47,694 nucleotides of DNA from a virus: IMG/VR virus record IMGVR_UViG_3300022538_000189; one strand, 5' to 3'. Numbering within the stretch: the stretch's first letter is position 1; every line of letters begins with the position of its first letter. Positions 1 through 9,768 of the stretch are shown one piece after another. The translations under genes and the position numbers were made by a program. The notes under the pieces were generated by a model. The model did no database searches. It was not told the origin of the DNA and saw only the letters and a program-made list of their open reading frames with translations.

Positions 1-86
1 TATCCATTAGAAATTTGCCCCAAACATTATTGCATTTGCTTCTGATGGAAATTCACCTAACCCCGTTCCTATTTTTACATAATCAA
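1..86. repeat. Terminal direct repeat, copy 1. Identical to 47609-47694 and consistent with a circularly closed assembly; unique genome length is 47,608 bp.
   Basis: Base-by-base comparison of the first 86 nt with the last 86 nt found them identical. Confidence 0.9.
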
Positions 87-648
87 AGTGAGTTACCATA
101 TCATTAGTGGTAAAACCATACTGGATTAGAATACATCTTCCATCGGCGGGTGTACCACCCTCATAATCACAATCAACAACCCCTTGAGATACGTTATCCA
201 AAAATACTTCCACTGTGGCAGCAGCTTCACCACCAGATTTATCCACTTCAAATCTCCAAGTTTGCCAAGCGGCGGCACCACCATGCTTAACTATATCCGC
301 TCCAACTTCAGTTTTCCCCGCCCCAGTTTTAAGAACAAGAAGTCCATCAGAACCAAACTCGACATAGAAAAACCAAGTAGCTGTAGTATAATAGAACGCT
401 GCGTGGTCGGTATCAGTAGTGGCTCCTATGGTATCAAAGTAAGTCTTGATTTCAACGGTAAACTGATTGGGAGGAGAAGCTATATCTCTCCTCCTATATG
501 CATAAGCATTTCCCGCAGCTCCTGTATTAGTGTCAAATCTGAACTGCCCTGCTGGGTCAACTTCTGAAACTGCTGTGTCAACATCTGCGTCAGTCCAACC
601 CGAAATAGCAGCACAATCTTCGTTTAATAAATCAGCGTCAATAGCCAT
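7..648 (-). CDS. Last protein of the fibre module; candidate receptor-binding beta-sandwich (lectin-like) protein.
   Basis: 213-aa ORF rich in G/A/T/D/V with beta-strand composition. It looks GC-richer than its neighbours by eye. Its TAA stop overlaps the ATG of the 66-aa ORF across the circular junction (TAATG). The fold call rests on composition and position only. Confidence 0.4.
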   Translation of the reverse strand: MAIDADLLNEDCAAISGWTDADVDTAVSEVDPAGQFRFDTNTGAAGNAYAYRRRDIASPPNQFTVEIKTYFDTIGATTDTDHAAFYYTTATWFFYVEFGSDGLLVLKTGAGKTEVGADIVKHGGAAAWQTWRFEVDKSGGEAAATVEVFLDNVSQGVVDCDYEGGTPADGRCILIQYGFTTNDMVTHFDYVKIGTGLGEFPSEANAIMFGANF

Positions 649-682
649 AATTTATCTCCTTTCTTATGCTTCCCAATAGACA

Positions 683-1726
683 CTAACTAAAATTTTCTCC
701 TAATATAGCATACCATTGCTCATCTGCAGTCTTATAAGTTAAACTTATAATATCTTCTGCTCCTGCATCTGTTGTTAAGATTCCCAAGGTTCCATCTATC
801 CATTTCACTAACTGTTGAACAGTATGGGTTCCTGTACCAGTATCAGTTAAATTAATAGCAGTTCCAGCTATCGCATTTGCTCTCGTAGTCGCTACTTTTA
901 TATGATTTTCCGAGCTTCTGATAGCCCAATAAATAGTGTCTACTACTAAAGGGTCTGGTAAATCAGCTGCCGTTGTTTTAAATCTAATTCTTGCACCAGT
1001 AGGAATATCAATAGATAAATCTATAATCTCCGTATCAGAATGAACATCAGTTGTGGCAATTGCTGCGTCGCTTTGAGTTACAATCTCATCCATTACTCTT
1101 GAACCTGTTCCGTCTTGGGTAACTATTAGCTGTGCGTTCATTGCTCCAGAAGGAGCAGTTATAGTAATAGTAAAATTATGTGCAGCAGTTAGAATTGCTT
1201 TATTGCTATTACCTAAATCCCAAGCTATGGCAGTTCCAGAGGTCAATGCCTGTTCTGTAAATACGGCAGAAAAAGCACCAAAATCTACTTCGTGTGCCCC
1301 TATACTTGAAGCCATGATGACCCAATTAGACCCATCAAGTCTTATAATAACCCAATTCCATTGATGTTGTAGTCCTACATAAGTAAATGCTCCATTAATC
1401 GTTTCACTGGCATTTGCATCTATAGTAATAAGATTACTGTTTGCATCTGTTTTAACTATAAAATATGTTAATCCAGTTAAATCTCCGCTTGCTGGTGGCA
1501 ATCCTAATGTCCAAGCACTCGCAGCAGTTACTTTAACAAAACCACCTTCACTTGAGGTTAAAGTTGCAGTTGTAGTTTTTGCAGTAACTCTACGCATCTC
1601 TGCTTGCATTTCTGTAATGGCATCCTCAATAATATCGTAGCTTGTACTGGTAACATCTTGTCCTGCTACTCTATCTGTATCTAAAACATCTTTACTTGCT
1701 GGATAATTCGCTTGTTCTTTAGCCAT
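683..1726 (-). CDS. Tail fibre protein.
   Basis: 347 aa with a helical N-terminal anchor-like segment followed by a long T/S/A/G/I-rich beta region. It abuts the upstream ORF (TAAATG) and sits at the distal end of the structural block. Confidence 0.5.
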   Translation of the reverse strand: MAKEQANYPASKDVLDTDRVAGQDVTSTSYDIIEDAITEMQAEMRRVTAKTTTATLTSSEGGFVKVTAASAWTLGLPPASGDLTGLTYFIVKTDANSNLITIDANASETINGAFTYVGLQHQWNWVIIRLDGSNWVIMASSIGAHEVDFGAFSAVFTEQALTSGTAIAWDLGNSNKAILTAAHNFTITITAPSGAMNAQLIVTQDGTGSRVMDEIVTQSDAAIATTDVHSDTEIIDLSIDIPTGARIRFKTTAADLPDPLVVDTIYWAIRSSENHIKVATTRANAIAGTAINLTDTGTGTHTVQQLVKWIDGTLGILTTDAGAEDIISLTYKTADEQWYAILGENFS

Positions 1727-2239
1727 TTATATTTTCGTCTCCTCATCCCACATATCATCATCGGATTTTTCCTCTTCTCCCCATGTGACTGTGTTTTTAA
1801 TTTCTTCTGTCGCTGTTATAGTATTTTTTATTTCTTGTACCCAAGCAATACTCTTTTTATAAGCATCTGCTAATCCTGTAGCTTCTGCAAGTCTGCGTAT
1901 AGCAGTAGTTACTATTGTATCTACAACACCTATTGCTTCGGAAAAAATTAAGCGAAAAAGTAATGTATCTGTTATACCTATTGCTTCTGCGTGCTGTTCT
2001 ACTCCCGCTGTACCAATACCTTCTCCAGAACCTATAGCCTCTACCTGTGCTAATGTTCCTGTAGTAGCTTTGGCTTCTGCACTGCCCATAGCTTCCGCTT
2101 GTGCTAAAGTACCTATATTAGTAATAGCATCTGCACCACCTATAGCTTCGGTAGCTATTAAAGTGCCTATATCAAAAACAGACTCATCAAACCCTTGATC
2201 TGCTGTATCAAATTTACAGGATGGTTTATATGTTGGCAT
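1727..2239 (-). CDS. Repeat-containing fibre or collar-associated structural protein (EAIG repeats).
   Basis: 170 aa with about 7 degenerate copies of a (A/V)EA(I/M)G-containing unit. The DNA shows a recurring cctattgcttc / cctatagcttc motif. The C-terminus is acidic. Confidence 0.45.
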   Translation of the reverse strand: MPTYKPSCKFDTADQGFDESVFDIGTLIATEAIGGADAITNIGTLAQAEAMGSAEAKATTGTLAQVEAIGSGEGIGTAGVEQHAEAIGITDTLLFRLIFSEAIGVVDTIVTTAIRRLAEATGLADAYKKSIAWVQEIKNTITATEEIKNTVTWGEEEKSDDDMWDEETKI

Positions 2240-2248
2240 CTAACTACC

Positions 2249-2722
2249 TTATCCTACATCAGAGAATGTTATTGTTGCAACTATTTGTAGACTATCTACT
2301 GTAATGGCATTAAAATCAGCTACATTAAACATATCACCAGCAGATGCATCATTGAATAATCCGTATTCTGTAGCAGCCACAACTGTTGAAAACGTTTTTG
2401 TAAAAGTACAAGTTTTAGCACCGCCAGTATGTGCGTAAACTGCGGTTCCACGCTGGTCTTCACTCGATAGTGTAGTATCTCCTGTTCCTTGCCCTGTACC
2501 AGACCCGATAGCCATGTGTGTAATATCGCTTGGCTGTGCATTGAGTCCTAATACATCACATATAAGGTCAAATCCATCGTCTGTGATTAAGTTATTTACA
2601 GTTCTATCGAACACTTGTTCTAATATACCATTTTTATTATAGTTGCTGCCTATTAATCTTATTGTTCCACAAATTCTAAGTTTAGTTTCTCTAACTCCAA
2701 GTATTGCATCTTGTTTAAACAT
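2249..2722 (-). CDS. Hypothetical virion protein in the fibre/baseplate region.
   Basis: 157-aa ORF with SD aaaggag 8 nt upstream of the ATG. Located between the giant virion protein and the fibres. Confidence 0.4.
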   Translation of the reverse strand: MFKQDAILGVRETKLRICGTIRLIGSNYNKNGILEQVFDRTVNNLITDDGFDLICDVLGLNAQPSDITHMAIGSGTGQGTGDTTLSSEDQRGTAVYAHTGGAKTCTFTKTFSTVVAATEYGLFNDASAGDMFNVADFNAITVDSLQIVATITFSDVG

Positions 2723-2773
2723 TTATTAACTCCTTTAATTTTTTTCTATTTTTTGCTGTAAAGAGATTCATAT

Positions 2774-5700
2774 CTATCTTTTGTATCTTTGTTGTGGCGT
2801 TTTATAACCACTCCTCTTATATCTTTCCGTAGGGGACTTATAAGCCCCGCTTGTGATATAAGATTTCTTTTTCTTCTCAGTCTTACCATAGAAGAATAAT
2901 TCTTCCATAGATATATTTCCATTTAATACATCGTTCCATGTTTTTATCCCAAGATAGCCAGGAATCAATGCTTGATATACTCTTTTTAAACGTCCCATTG
3001 CTTTCTGTCTATCATAATCACTTTGTGCAAAGGCATATTGATATACTGCCATAGCTGCACCTGCTGCAGGAGACCAATACATTGGTAACACGCCAAATAA
3101 GAATGACTTCTTATATCCTAATCCATTAAGGACTATACCACCGATAAGCAAATATTTAAGATAGTTAAATCTCTCTGATGGTGGGAGTTTCATTCCATAA
3201 CCACTTTCTCCTTTAAATAATCTGGTTGTTGCTTCTCTTGTAAAGTTAAAGAAGTAATTCATCCACCAACTTTGAAGTCTTGTAAATGGAACAGTTGACT
3301 TATATCTAAAAATACCTGGCATTCCTATAGGAGTATATTGATATTGGCAAGCTCTTGCTCCCCATTCCATTTCTTTTAAAAGTTTTTCTTTTTCACTATC
3401 AAACAAGAATCCTTCTTGTGTATCAGCAGTCCTCTCCTTATCTGCCCAACTATACTTTGTATGCTGGTATTTACCGTTTATCTTACTCATATTAAAATGA
3501 AATGCAGCTTTCATAGAATTACCAGCATTCCATATAGCAGACATTTGATATCCTTTGAGCCATAAGTCACCAAGTCTGCTTAGTGTTCCTTCTGGTATTT
3601 CTTCTAATCCAGTATATGAACGATAGTAGATACTTTCATTCATTAGTTCCCTACATTGTTTTGTAGCTGGGAACAAACCTTTTATAGTAGCCCTTACTCC
3701 ATACAATGCAATATTCTGTACTGTCTGAAAACAATTCCTTAATATCTGTCGTGGAATTGGTCCCATTACAGCATAGATAATTAACCTACCAGTTCCAGCT
3801 AACACTCTTGTTAATGGTTTTGGTCCAAGTCGTCTACCATAAGGAAGTAATAATTTATCTAATAATCCTTTCAATCCACTCTGGTTAAGAATATCGTTTA
3901 TAGCTACATCTGTTTCATTTTCTTGTCCTTTGATAACTTGATTAACATAATCTACAAGCCATCTTTTAGTTGTAGAAGGGATAGTTCCAGGCACAGTATC
4001 AAGAGCATCTAAACTTTCCACAAGTCCTTTGAGTGGTTTAGCTAAATGTATCTCCTTTAATGCTGTCCATAACATAGCATTTGTTACAAGACGTAAGTCC
4101 TTACTCCATAATGCGGTAAGTTCATCTCCCAACTTTCTTCTAATAGAGGCAGGATTATAGATTCCACCTGCTATTTTCTTTTCTATAAATCTTATAATTT
4201 CCTCAGGAAAAGGGAAATCTCTAAAGTCTACTGGATTCGTAGTATCAGTTTCCAGTAAACCATATTTTAACATTGCGGCTTCTGCCATGACATCAATGAT
4301 ATGCTTGAAATAAGCTTTCTTTCCTTTAATAGGTCTTAATCCAAGTTCCATTCTTACTTCATTCTGCCGTCTCAATAATGTTTTTCTTAAATTATCAAGA
4401 TATTTGAATACTTTAGCTTCTTGTTCTGAAAGATCTTTCGGAGCTACTTCATAAGTATTCAATAACTCAGCCATCCTGGCTTCTATCGGTGTAGGTTTAT
4501 GTCTTACAAAAGCTGTCCACCTCTGTCCGATTGTAGTTACGCCTCTACCCAAACTACTAATAACCTTACCTGCAATATTTGATGCATTTCTATATTCTAT
4601 ATCTTGTTCTTGTTTACCTTTTTCAGCAGCTTCTACTATAGGTTTCACACCAAGAACTTCACTATAAACAATATGCGGAGTAAGTAATTTAGCTAAAAAT
4701 GTAGGTCTTTTAAATCCTTTGGTCTTTTCAAGAATCTTAGCAGCTTTATCCAACTGCGTAATAATAGTTTCCACTTCTGTTCGTGACAGTTGGTCAACTC
4801 TTTTATCATATAAATTTTCAGCTGCTTTTCTAAATCGTGGGTCTTTCTCTAATAGAGTTTCAAGTGTAGTCTGTTGTTCCTTTGTTGGCTCTATCTTCTT
4901 TTCACCTGCAAGTATTTCTTCTTCAAGGGTAGATATCATATCTTCCATAGTTTCAACTTTAATCTTTAAGTTGCTTATATCTGGGTCTGTGATTCTACTC
5001 TCTGCATCTTCAAATGTATATTTTTTAGGTCTATCTTTTAAAATATCAACTACTGCTGCTCTTAATTCATCCTCTGACATAGGTTTTTGTAGGTCGCTTG
5101 CGACTTCATCTGGTCTACTCAGATTAGGATTATCTCTAAATATATAAGCATATTGTCCACGTCCAAGAGCTTCTTTCCATTCGGTTTGAGTAGTCTCTGG
5201 AGTTCTCATCTTAACGTGTCCGAAAGCAATAGCTTCTACTTCTGTTTTAGGTGTGCTTCTTTCTTTATTTAACTTATCACGTTCAGCCCTAACATATTTT
5301 TTATAAAGACTGTCCATAGCATTTTTCTGTCTCTCAAATTCCTTTAATGATTTGGTTTCAGTCTTTAGAGTTTCTCTAAGTTTATCTTCTTCTGCCTTTA
5401 ATTGATCTAATGGTTTCTTCTCAGTATAGATTTTCTGTTCTTCTTCTGTAAATAATAATTCATCTAATTCGGGTTTGGTTGGCTCAATCTTCATTTGTTC
5501 GCCAGTATCACCAATCTCCTCACCAGTAAATGTAATCTCAGGTTGTTCTACCTGTTCAGTAGTTCCACTTGTATCTAATTCCTGTTCTTCTGCTTTCTTG
5601 ACTGCTTTTAATACATTGCTTACAGAAGCTTTAATATCAGGATTATCATTTTTAACCCTGTCTGCTTCTATAGCCATGTTAAGCATATTCTTCTTATACT

Positions 5701-6874
5701 GTTGTATTCCACCCTGATAACCTGCAAGAAAACCAAATCCCAAAGATGCTACAAAAGTTCTACCTGATATTTCTGCTAAGTCTGGTAAGATTTCATGTGT
5801 TTTGTCTACTAATCTTATTGTTACATCTTCTGTAAATGCCTGAGCAATTTCTTCACCAGTTTCCATGCTTACTGTTTTAAATCCTTCTGTTCCCGCTGCT
5901 TGAAACCATGAACGAACAGTAGGTTTGGCTAAGGTTTTAGTGATAGCTTTAGAAGCCGAAGCAACTATTGGCTTTCTCAAACCTGGCACTAATTTAGTTA
6001 AAAGGTATACATCCTCACTTGCCTCTATTGCAGTAATTAAAGCCGCACTCCATGTTGACGCTTTAAGTGCTTCTTCCTCTGTAAAGCCATGTTCTTTTAA
6101 GGTTTCGAATAATCCTTGTGCTTCTTGTGGATACATTGTCATAAACATTGCTAATCCACCAACAAACAAATTACCACCACTTGCTGCTGTTGCAGCCGCA
6201 GTTATAGTCATCGTTCCGAGTGAAAATGCTAATGATTCCGCTGCAATATTAGACATATAACCCAAGTCCAGTAACATCATTGGATTCTTTTTAATGTTTT
6301 CTATAAAACTGCCTTGATACTCTAATCTTGGTACATATTCAGGATGATCCAATAACCATTTCTCATATCCCTTTTTTGTTTTCTCGTAAGCTTCCTGTCC
6401 TGCCTGAATATTCTCAGCTCTTCTCTGATTAGCCACATCCATAGGAATAATCTTTTTGATACCATATCTACCACCAACTATAACATCGCTTGTTACAGGT
6501 TGATTAATTAGTTTAGTACCCATATCATGGAAGAACTGTTTGCTCATATAGCCAACGTGCAATAAGCTACTATTAAAGGTTTGGATAGTATCTATAAGTT
6601 TACTCTCTTCATACCATCCTTCTGGAATCGAAGGAATAAATTCTTCTTTCTCTTTTGGTTCTGGGACACCTTGAATATCCATAGCACTGATACCTCGTGT
6701 TCTACCACGAATAAGAGATATAGCGGGGGTTTCAATCGTAGGTGCTTCTACAGAAGGAGTATCAAATATTGGGTCAGGTCTTTTATATCTTTCACTGGGG
6801 GGAATATATCCCCACGGTTTAGTTTCTATTTCCTGTTTCTGAATTAATAATTCCCACCAACTTTTTCTGCTCAC
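2774..6874 (-). CDS. Giant internal virion/ejection protein (T7 gp16-position analogue) or tape-measure-like protein.
   Basis: 1366 aa with a GTG start directly after the upstream TAA. It has a hydrophobic multi-helix block (about aa 200-390), long charged coiled-coil stretches, and a C-terminal hydrophobic region. It is the largest ORF and lies just upstream of the fibre genes. Confidence 0.5.
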   Translation of the reverse strand: MSRKSWWELLIQKQEIETKPWGYIPPSERYKRPDPIFDTPSVEAPTIETPAISLIRGRTRGISAMDIQGVPEPKEKEEFIPSIPEGWYEESKLIDTIQTFNSSLLHVGYMSKQFFHDMGTKLINQPVTSDVIVGGRYGIKKIIPMDVANQRRAENIQAGQEAYEKTKKGYEKWLLDHPEYVPRLEYQGSFIENIKKNPMMLLDLGYMSNIAAESLAFSLGTMTITAAATAASGGNLFVGGLAMFMTMYPQEAQGLFETLKEHGFTEEEALKASTWSAALITAIEASEDVYLLTKLVPGLRKPIVASASKAITKTLAKPTVRSWFQAAGTEGFKTVSMETGEEIAQAFTEDVTIRLVDKTHEILPDLAEISGRTFVASLGFGFLAGYQGGIQQYKKNMLNMAIEADRVKNDNPDIKASVSNVLKAVKKAEEQELDTSGTTEQVEQPEITFTGEEIGDTGEQMKIEPTKPELDELLFTEEEQKIYTEKKPLDQLKAEEDKLRETLKTETKSLKEFERQKNAMDSLYKKYVRAERDKLNKERSTPKTEVEAIAFGHVKMRTPETTQTEWKEALGRGQYAYIFRDNPNLSRPDEVASDLQKPMSEDELRAAVVDILKDRPKKYTFEDAESRITDPDISNLKIKVETMEDMISTLEEEILAGEKKIEPTKEQQTTLETLLEKDPRFRKAAENLYDKRVDQLSRTEVETIITQLDKAAKILEKTKGFKRPTFLAKLLTPHIVYSEVLGVKPIVEAAEKGKQEQDIEYRNASNIAGKVISSLGRGVTTIGQRWTAFVRHKPTPIEARMAELLNTYEVAPKDLSEQEAKVFKYLDNLRKTLLRRQNEVRMELGLRPIKGKKAYFKHIIDVMAEAAMLKYGLLETDTTNPVDFRDFPFPEEIIRFIEKKIAGGIYNPASIRRKLGDELTALWSKDLRLVTNAMLWTALKEIHLAKPLKGLVESLDALDTVPGTIPSTTKRWLVDYVNQVIKGQENETDVAINDILNQSGLKGLLDKLLLPYGRRLGPKPLTRVLAGTGRLIIYAVMGPIPRQILRNCFQTVQNIALYGVRATIKGLFPATKQCRELMNESIYYRSYTGLEEIPEGTLSRLGDLWLKGYQMSAIWNAGNSMKAAFHFNMSKINGKYQHTKYSWADKERTADTQEGFLFDSEKEKLLKEMEWGARACQYQYTPIGMPGIFRYKSTVPFTRLQSWWMNYFFNFTREATTRLFKGESGYGMKLPPSERFNYLKYLLIGGIVLNGLGYKKSFLFGVLPMYWSPAAGAAMAVYQYAFAQSDYDRQKAMGRLKRVYQALIPGYLGIKTWNDVLNGNISMEELFFYGKTEKKKKSYITSGAYKSPTERYKRSGYKTPQQRYKR

Positions 6875-8113
6875 TTAAAACCACCATCCATCTGGTCTCC
6901 AATCACCCTTCTTTGTTCCGCCTATTAAGGTTAATTTTTCTATTTTAGATATATCTTTTAACTTCTTTATCTTAGGAATATTAGTCATATCCACGCCAAG
7001 TGCCTTTAACTTATCCCATAATGGTTCATATTCACCAGCAAGTATCTGGAACCATTCTTTATTAGACATAGTCTGTCTGACTCCAAATAAATTCCGTTCT
7101 GTCATTTCTTCTGGTCTTACAAAACCTTTTTCATTTACTAATGTAGCAAGGTCTCTGGCTATATTATCTAACAGATATCTCTGGTTCTCACCCCAATATT
7201 GTCCTACATCAGTACCTTCAATGCCTAAGCCTTTTAAACTACCATGTTCTTCTATATATGCATTGGCTAATGTTTGTGCTTCCTTAGAACTTGATGCATC
7301 TTTTATTCGCTGAACTGAAAAATCAACTTCTCTTAAATCGGCAGGTTTAGCTGGTTCCTTTGCAGTAAATTGTTCATAACTTATATTTTCAAAGTTAATA
7401 TTTATCTCTTTGTATTGAGGATCTAATTTCATATTATTCAAGACAGTATTGAATGCACTTTTACCGAGTGCTGCTGCATTAGCTAAAGTTACATTTGCTT
7501 TATTAAGTGTTTTTCCAATTTCTTCTGTAATATCTTCTGGTTTATAATTCGTACCAAGCAATTTGTTCATTTCTACATAGGCTGCTTCTGAACCTACACC
7601 TGCTCCTGTAACAGCTATCCCAAGTCTACCTCGTTGTTCTTGCTTTGTTTTATAAGACTCAGCCATATTTATTCGACTTTGCCATTGTATTTTAGCTTTT
7701 TCATTTGTTAAGTTACTACCGAATGCTTTCATCGCAGGTATATTTGAAAAATCTAAATCTTTGGAAAGATTCCAGAATGCGTCTATATTGTCTAATTCCA
7801 TATTTATTTGTTCTGATGTCATATTTCTGAAATTAGTATAAATTTTTTCAAGTCTATCTGTTATCTCATGTCCGAGAGGTATTGCCCAAGCTATTCCATC
7901 TGAGTATTCTTGTACTGATATGTCTCCATTTGCTCGTGCCAAATCAAACTTTCTCGCAAGTTCCATCGAATTTGTTTTAAATTCAGCAGCCGCATCATCA
8001 ATTTTCTTTTGTGCTGCCTTTCTTTCTTTCCACTCTAAAATTTGCTGTCCCATTCCAAAACCTTGTGGTAATCCACCAGCAAATCCCTTTGCCCAACTTC
8101 CAGGATATTTCAT
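6875..8113 (-). CDS. Internal virion/ejection protein candidate.
   Basis: 412 aa, TAATG-coupled to the upstream gene. Ends in GWWF. The call is based on position. Confidence 0.35.
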   Translation of the reverse strand: MKYPGSWAKGFAGGLPQGFGMGQQILEWKERKAAQKKIDDAAAEFKTNSMELARKFDLARANGDISVQEYSDGIAWAIPLGHEITDRLEKIYTNFRNMTSEQINMELDNIDAFWNLSKDLDFSNIPAMKAFGSNLTNEKAKIQWQSRINMAESYKTKQEQRGRLGIAVTGAGVGSEAAYVEMNKLLGTNYKPEDITEEIGKTLNKANVTLANAAALGKSAFNTVLNNMKLDPQYKEININFENISYEQFTAKEPAKPADLREVDFSVQRIKDASSSKEAQTLANAYIEEHGSLKGLGIEGTDVGQYWGENQRYLLDNIARDLATLVNEKGFVRPEEMTERNLFGVRQTMSNKEWFQILAGEYEPLWDKLKALGVDMTNIPKIKKLKDISKIEKLTLIGGTKKGDWRPDGWWF

Positions 8114-8529
8114 TATTTAATCTCCTTTTCAAAGATGGTATATCTTGCCTCATAACCGTATCTGTCTAATTTCCTTAAAACTGCATCAGCATTTCTCTGT
8201 GTACAGATTGTTATTCTATTAACACCTAAATCTATGGCTAATTTATTGACTAACTTAATTATTTTAACAAATAATTTAGGAGAATGCTTATCTATCCAAC
8301 ACCATACTCCAGTTAGTGTTAGACCAGGATTCAAATCACGAGTCAATTGGAGTATGACGCATCCCTTTAAGACTCCATCCCTATATTCTACATAAGGGAA
8401 TAAAGTCTTAGCCGATATCCCCTGTTTCATATAAATCAAAAACCGTTCTGGTTCTACTTTGCAATTCTTCATAAATTTTATGGTATCACAGATATCAAGT
8501 AGTTCATGAATATCTTCTGTTAATTTCAT
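8113..8529 (-). CDS. GNAT-fold-like small protein embedded in the virion module.
   Basis: 138 aa. The C-terminal half follows the GNAT beta4-alpha3-beta5-alpha4 pattern (…LAIDLGVNRITICTQRNADAVLRKLDRYGYE…). The canonical Q/RxxGxG/A acetyl-CoA loop is not visible. Confidence 0.35.
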   Translation of the reverse strand: MKLTEDIHELLDICDTIKFMKNCKVEPERFLIYMKQGISAKTLFPYVEYRDGVLKGCVILQLTRDLNPGLTLTGVWCWIDKHSPKLFVKIIKLVNKLAIDLGVNRITICTQRNADAVLRKLDRYGYEARYTIFEKEIK

Positions 8530-8537
8530 AATTTCCT

Positions 8538-9602
8538 CTATTTCGTAATAATTGAGACGAGCCCACCCACTACTGTTCCACTAATACTTCCTGCTGCCTC
8601 TGCTTGAGCTGCTTCTTGGGCATATTCTATTTCCATTTCAGCAAGTTCTATATTATCTAAATGTTGCTGTGCTGCTGCTTCCTCTGCTATTTCTGCTGCT
8701 AAGTACATATTATCTTGAGCATAAGCTTGAGTTAATTTTATTTTATACATATCTACATTAGCTTGAAATTGAGTTAATCGAGCATTTAATTTCATCTGAG
8801 CATTGGCTAACTTTATTTGTTGTTTTGTCTGCCATTCTGTTATACCAGCTTGTTGTCTCATTTCCCATGTTGCAAATTTAGGCATATATTCAAGTCGTGA
8901 TTGTTCTTGTAGATATCCAAGGAATTGTGCTGATAAACCCAATGCATTTTCAAAACTTGCCATTTTCATGAAAGCAGATTTAATTTTTATATCAGTAACA
9001 CTATCAGCTAAAGCTCTTGTAGCAGTAGATATAATCTTCTGTTCTTCACTAATCAATAATCCAGAATTAGTAATACCTCTACGTTCCATTCTATTTCTTA
9101 ATAAGCGAAGATCTTCTGTTTTTTTAGCTTCAAGGTCATCAAAAATCTGTTGTTTCATTAATTGTTGGGTTTCTTCTGGTATTCCTATTCCACCCTCTTT
9201 TAAAATATCCATGATTTGCCCAGAATGCATTCCTTTCCACGCTTCTTCTTCTGGAGATATTACATAAGGTGGTGCTTCCGTAACTTCCAATTTATCAATC
9301 TTTATTTCTTCTACTGGTATTCCTGGTATTGCATTGGGGTCATATTCGGGTAACTTGGTTGGTTTAAGTTCTTCTTCTGCTTCTACTCCTGGTTCAATTA
9401 ATCCTTCTGTAGGAAAACCACCAGCTTCAAGTAATGTCAAATGTTCTTCCCAAGTACCTGGAGCGTCTGGGTTATAACCAGGAACACTTCCTATATTAAC
9501 CTCAGGGTGATGTTCTTCGGCATAGGCAATTTGTTCTGGGGTAAGACCTATATATGTTGCTTTTGTAGTTTCCTCAAGGATCTGTTCATCTTTTTTAGGC
9601 AT
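8538..9602 (-). CDS. Internal virion protein candidate.
   Basis: 354 aa with an acidic N-terminus, a Q/A/E-rich coiled coil, and a hydrophobic C-terminal helix (SISGTVVGGLVSIITK). The call is based on position. Confidence 0.35.
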   Translation of the reverse strand: MPKKDEQILEETTKATYIGLTPEQIAYAEEHHPEVNIGSVPGYNPDAPGTWEEHLTLLEAGGFPTEGLIEPGVEAEEELKPTKLPEYDPNAIPGIPVEEIKIDKLEVTEAPPYVISPEEEAWKGMHSGQIMDILKEGGIGIPEETQQLMKQQIFDDLEAKKTEDLRLLRNRMERRGITNSGLLISEEQKIISTATRALADSVTDIKIKSAFMKMASFENALGLSAQFLGYLQEQSRLEYMPKFATWEMRQQAGITEWQTKQQIKLANAQMKLNARLTQFQANVDMYKIKLTQAYAQDNMYLAAEIAEEAAAQQHLDNIELAEMEIEYAQEAAQAEAAGSISGTVVGGLVSIITK

Positions 9603-9768
9603 ATCTATTGCTCCTTTATTTTATTCCCCTTATTTTTTAGTCTCTTCGTTCTTTATTTCAATTCTATTTACCATCATATAGCCTATATCTAATCTATCTA
9701 AATGGTAATGAATATTTTTGAGTTCTTTTAAAATTTCTTTTAATATTTTATTGTCCATTTTTTACCCC

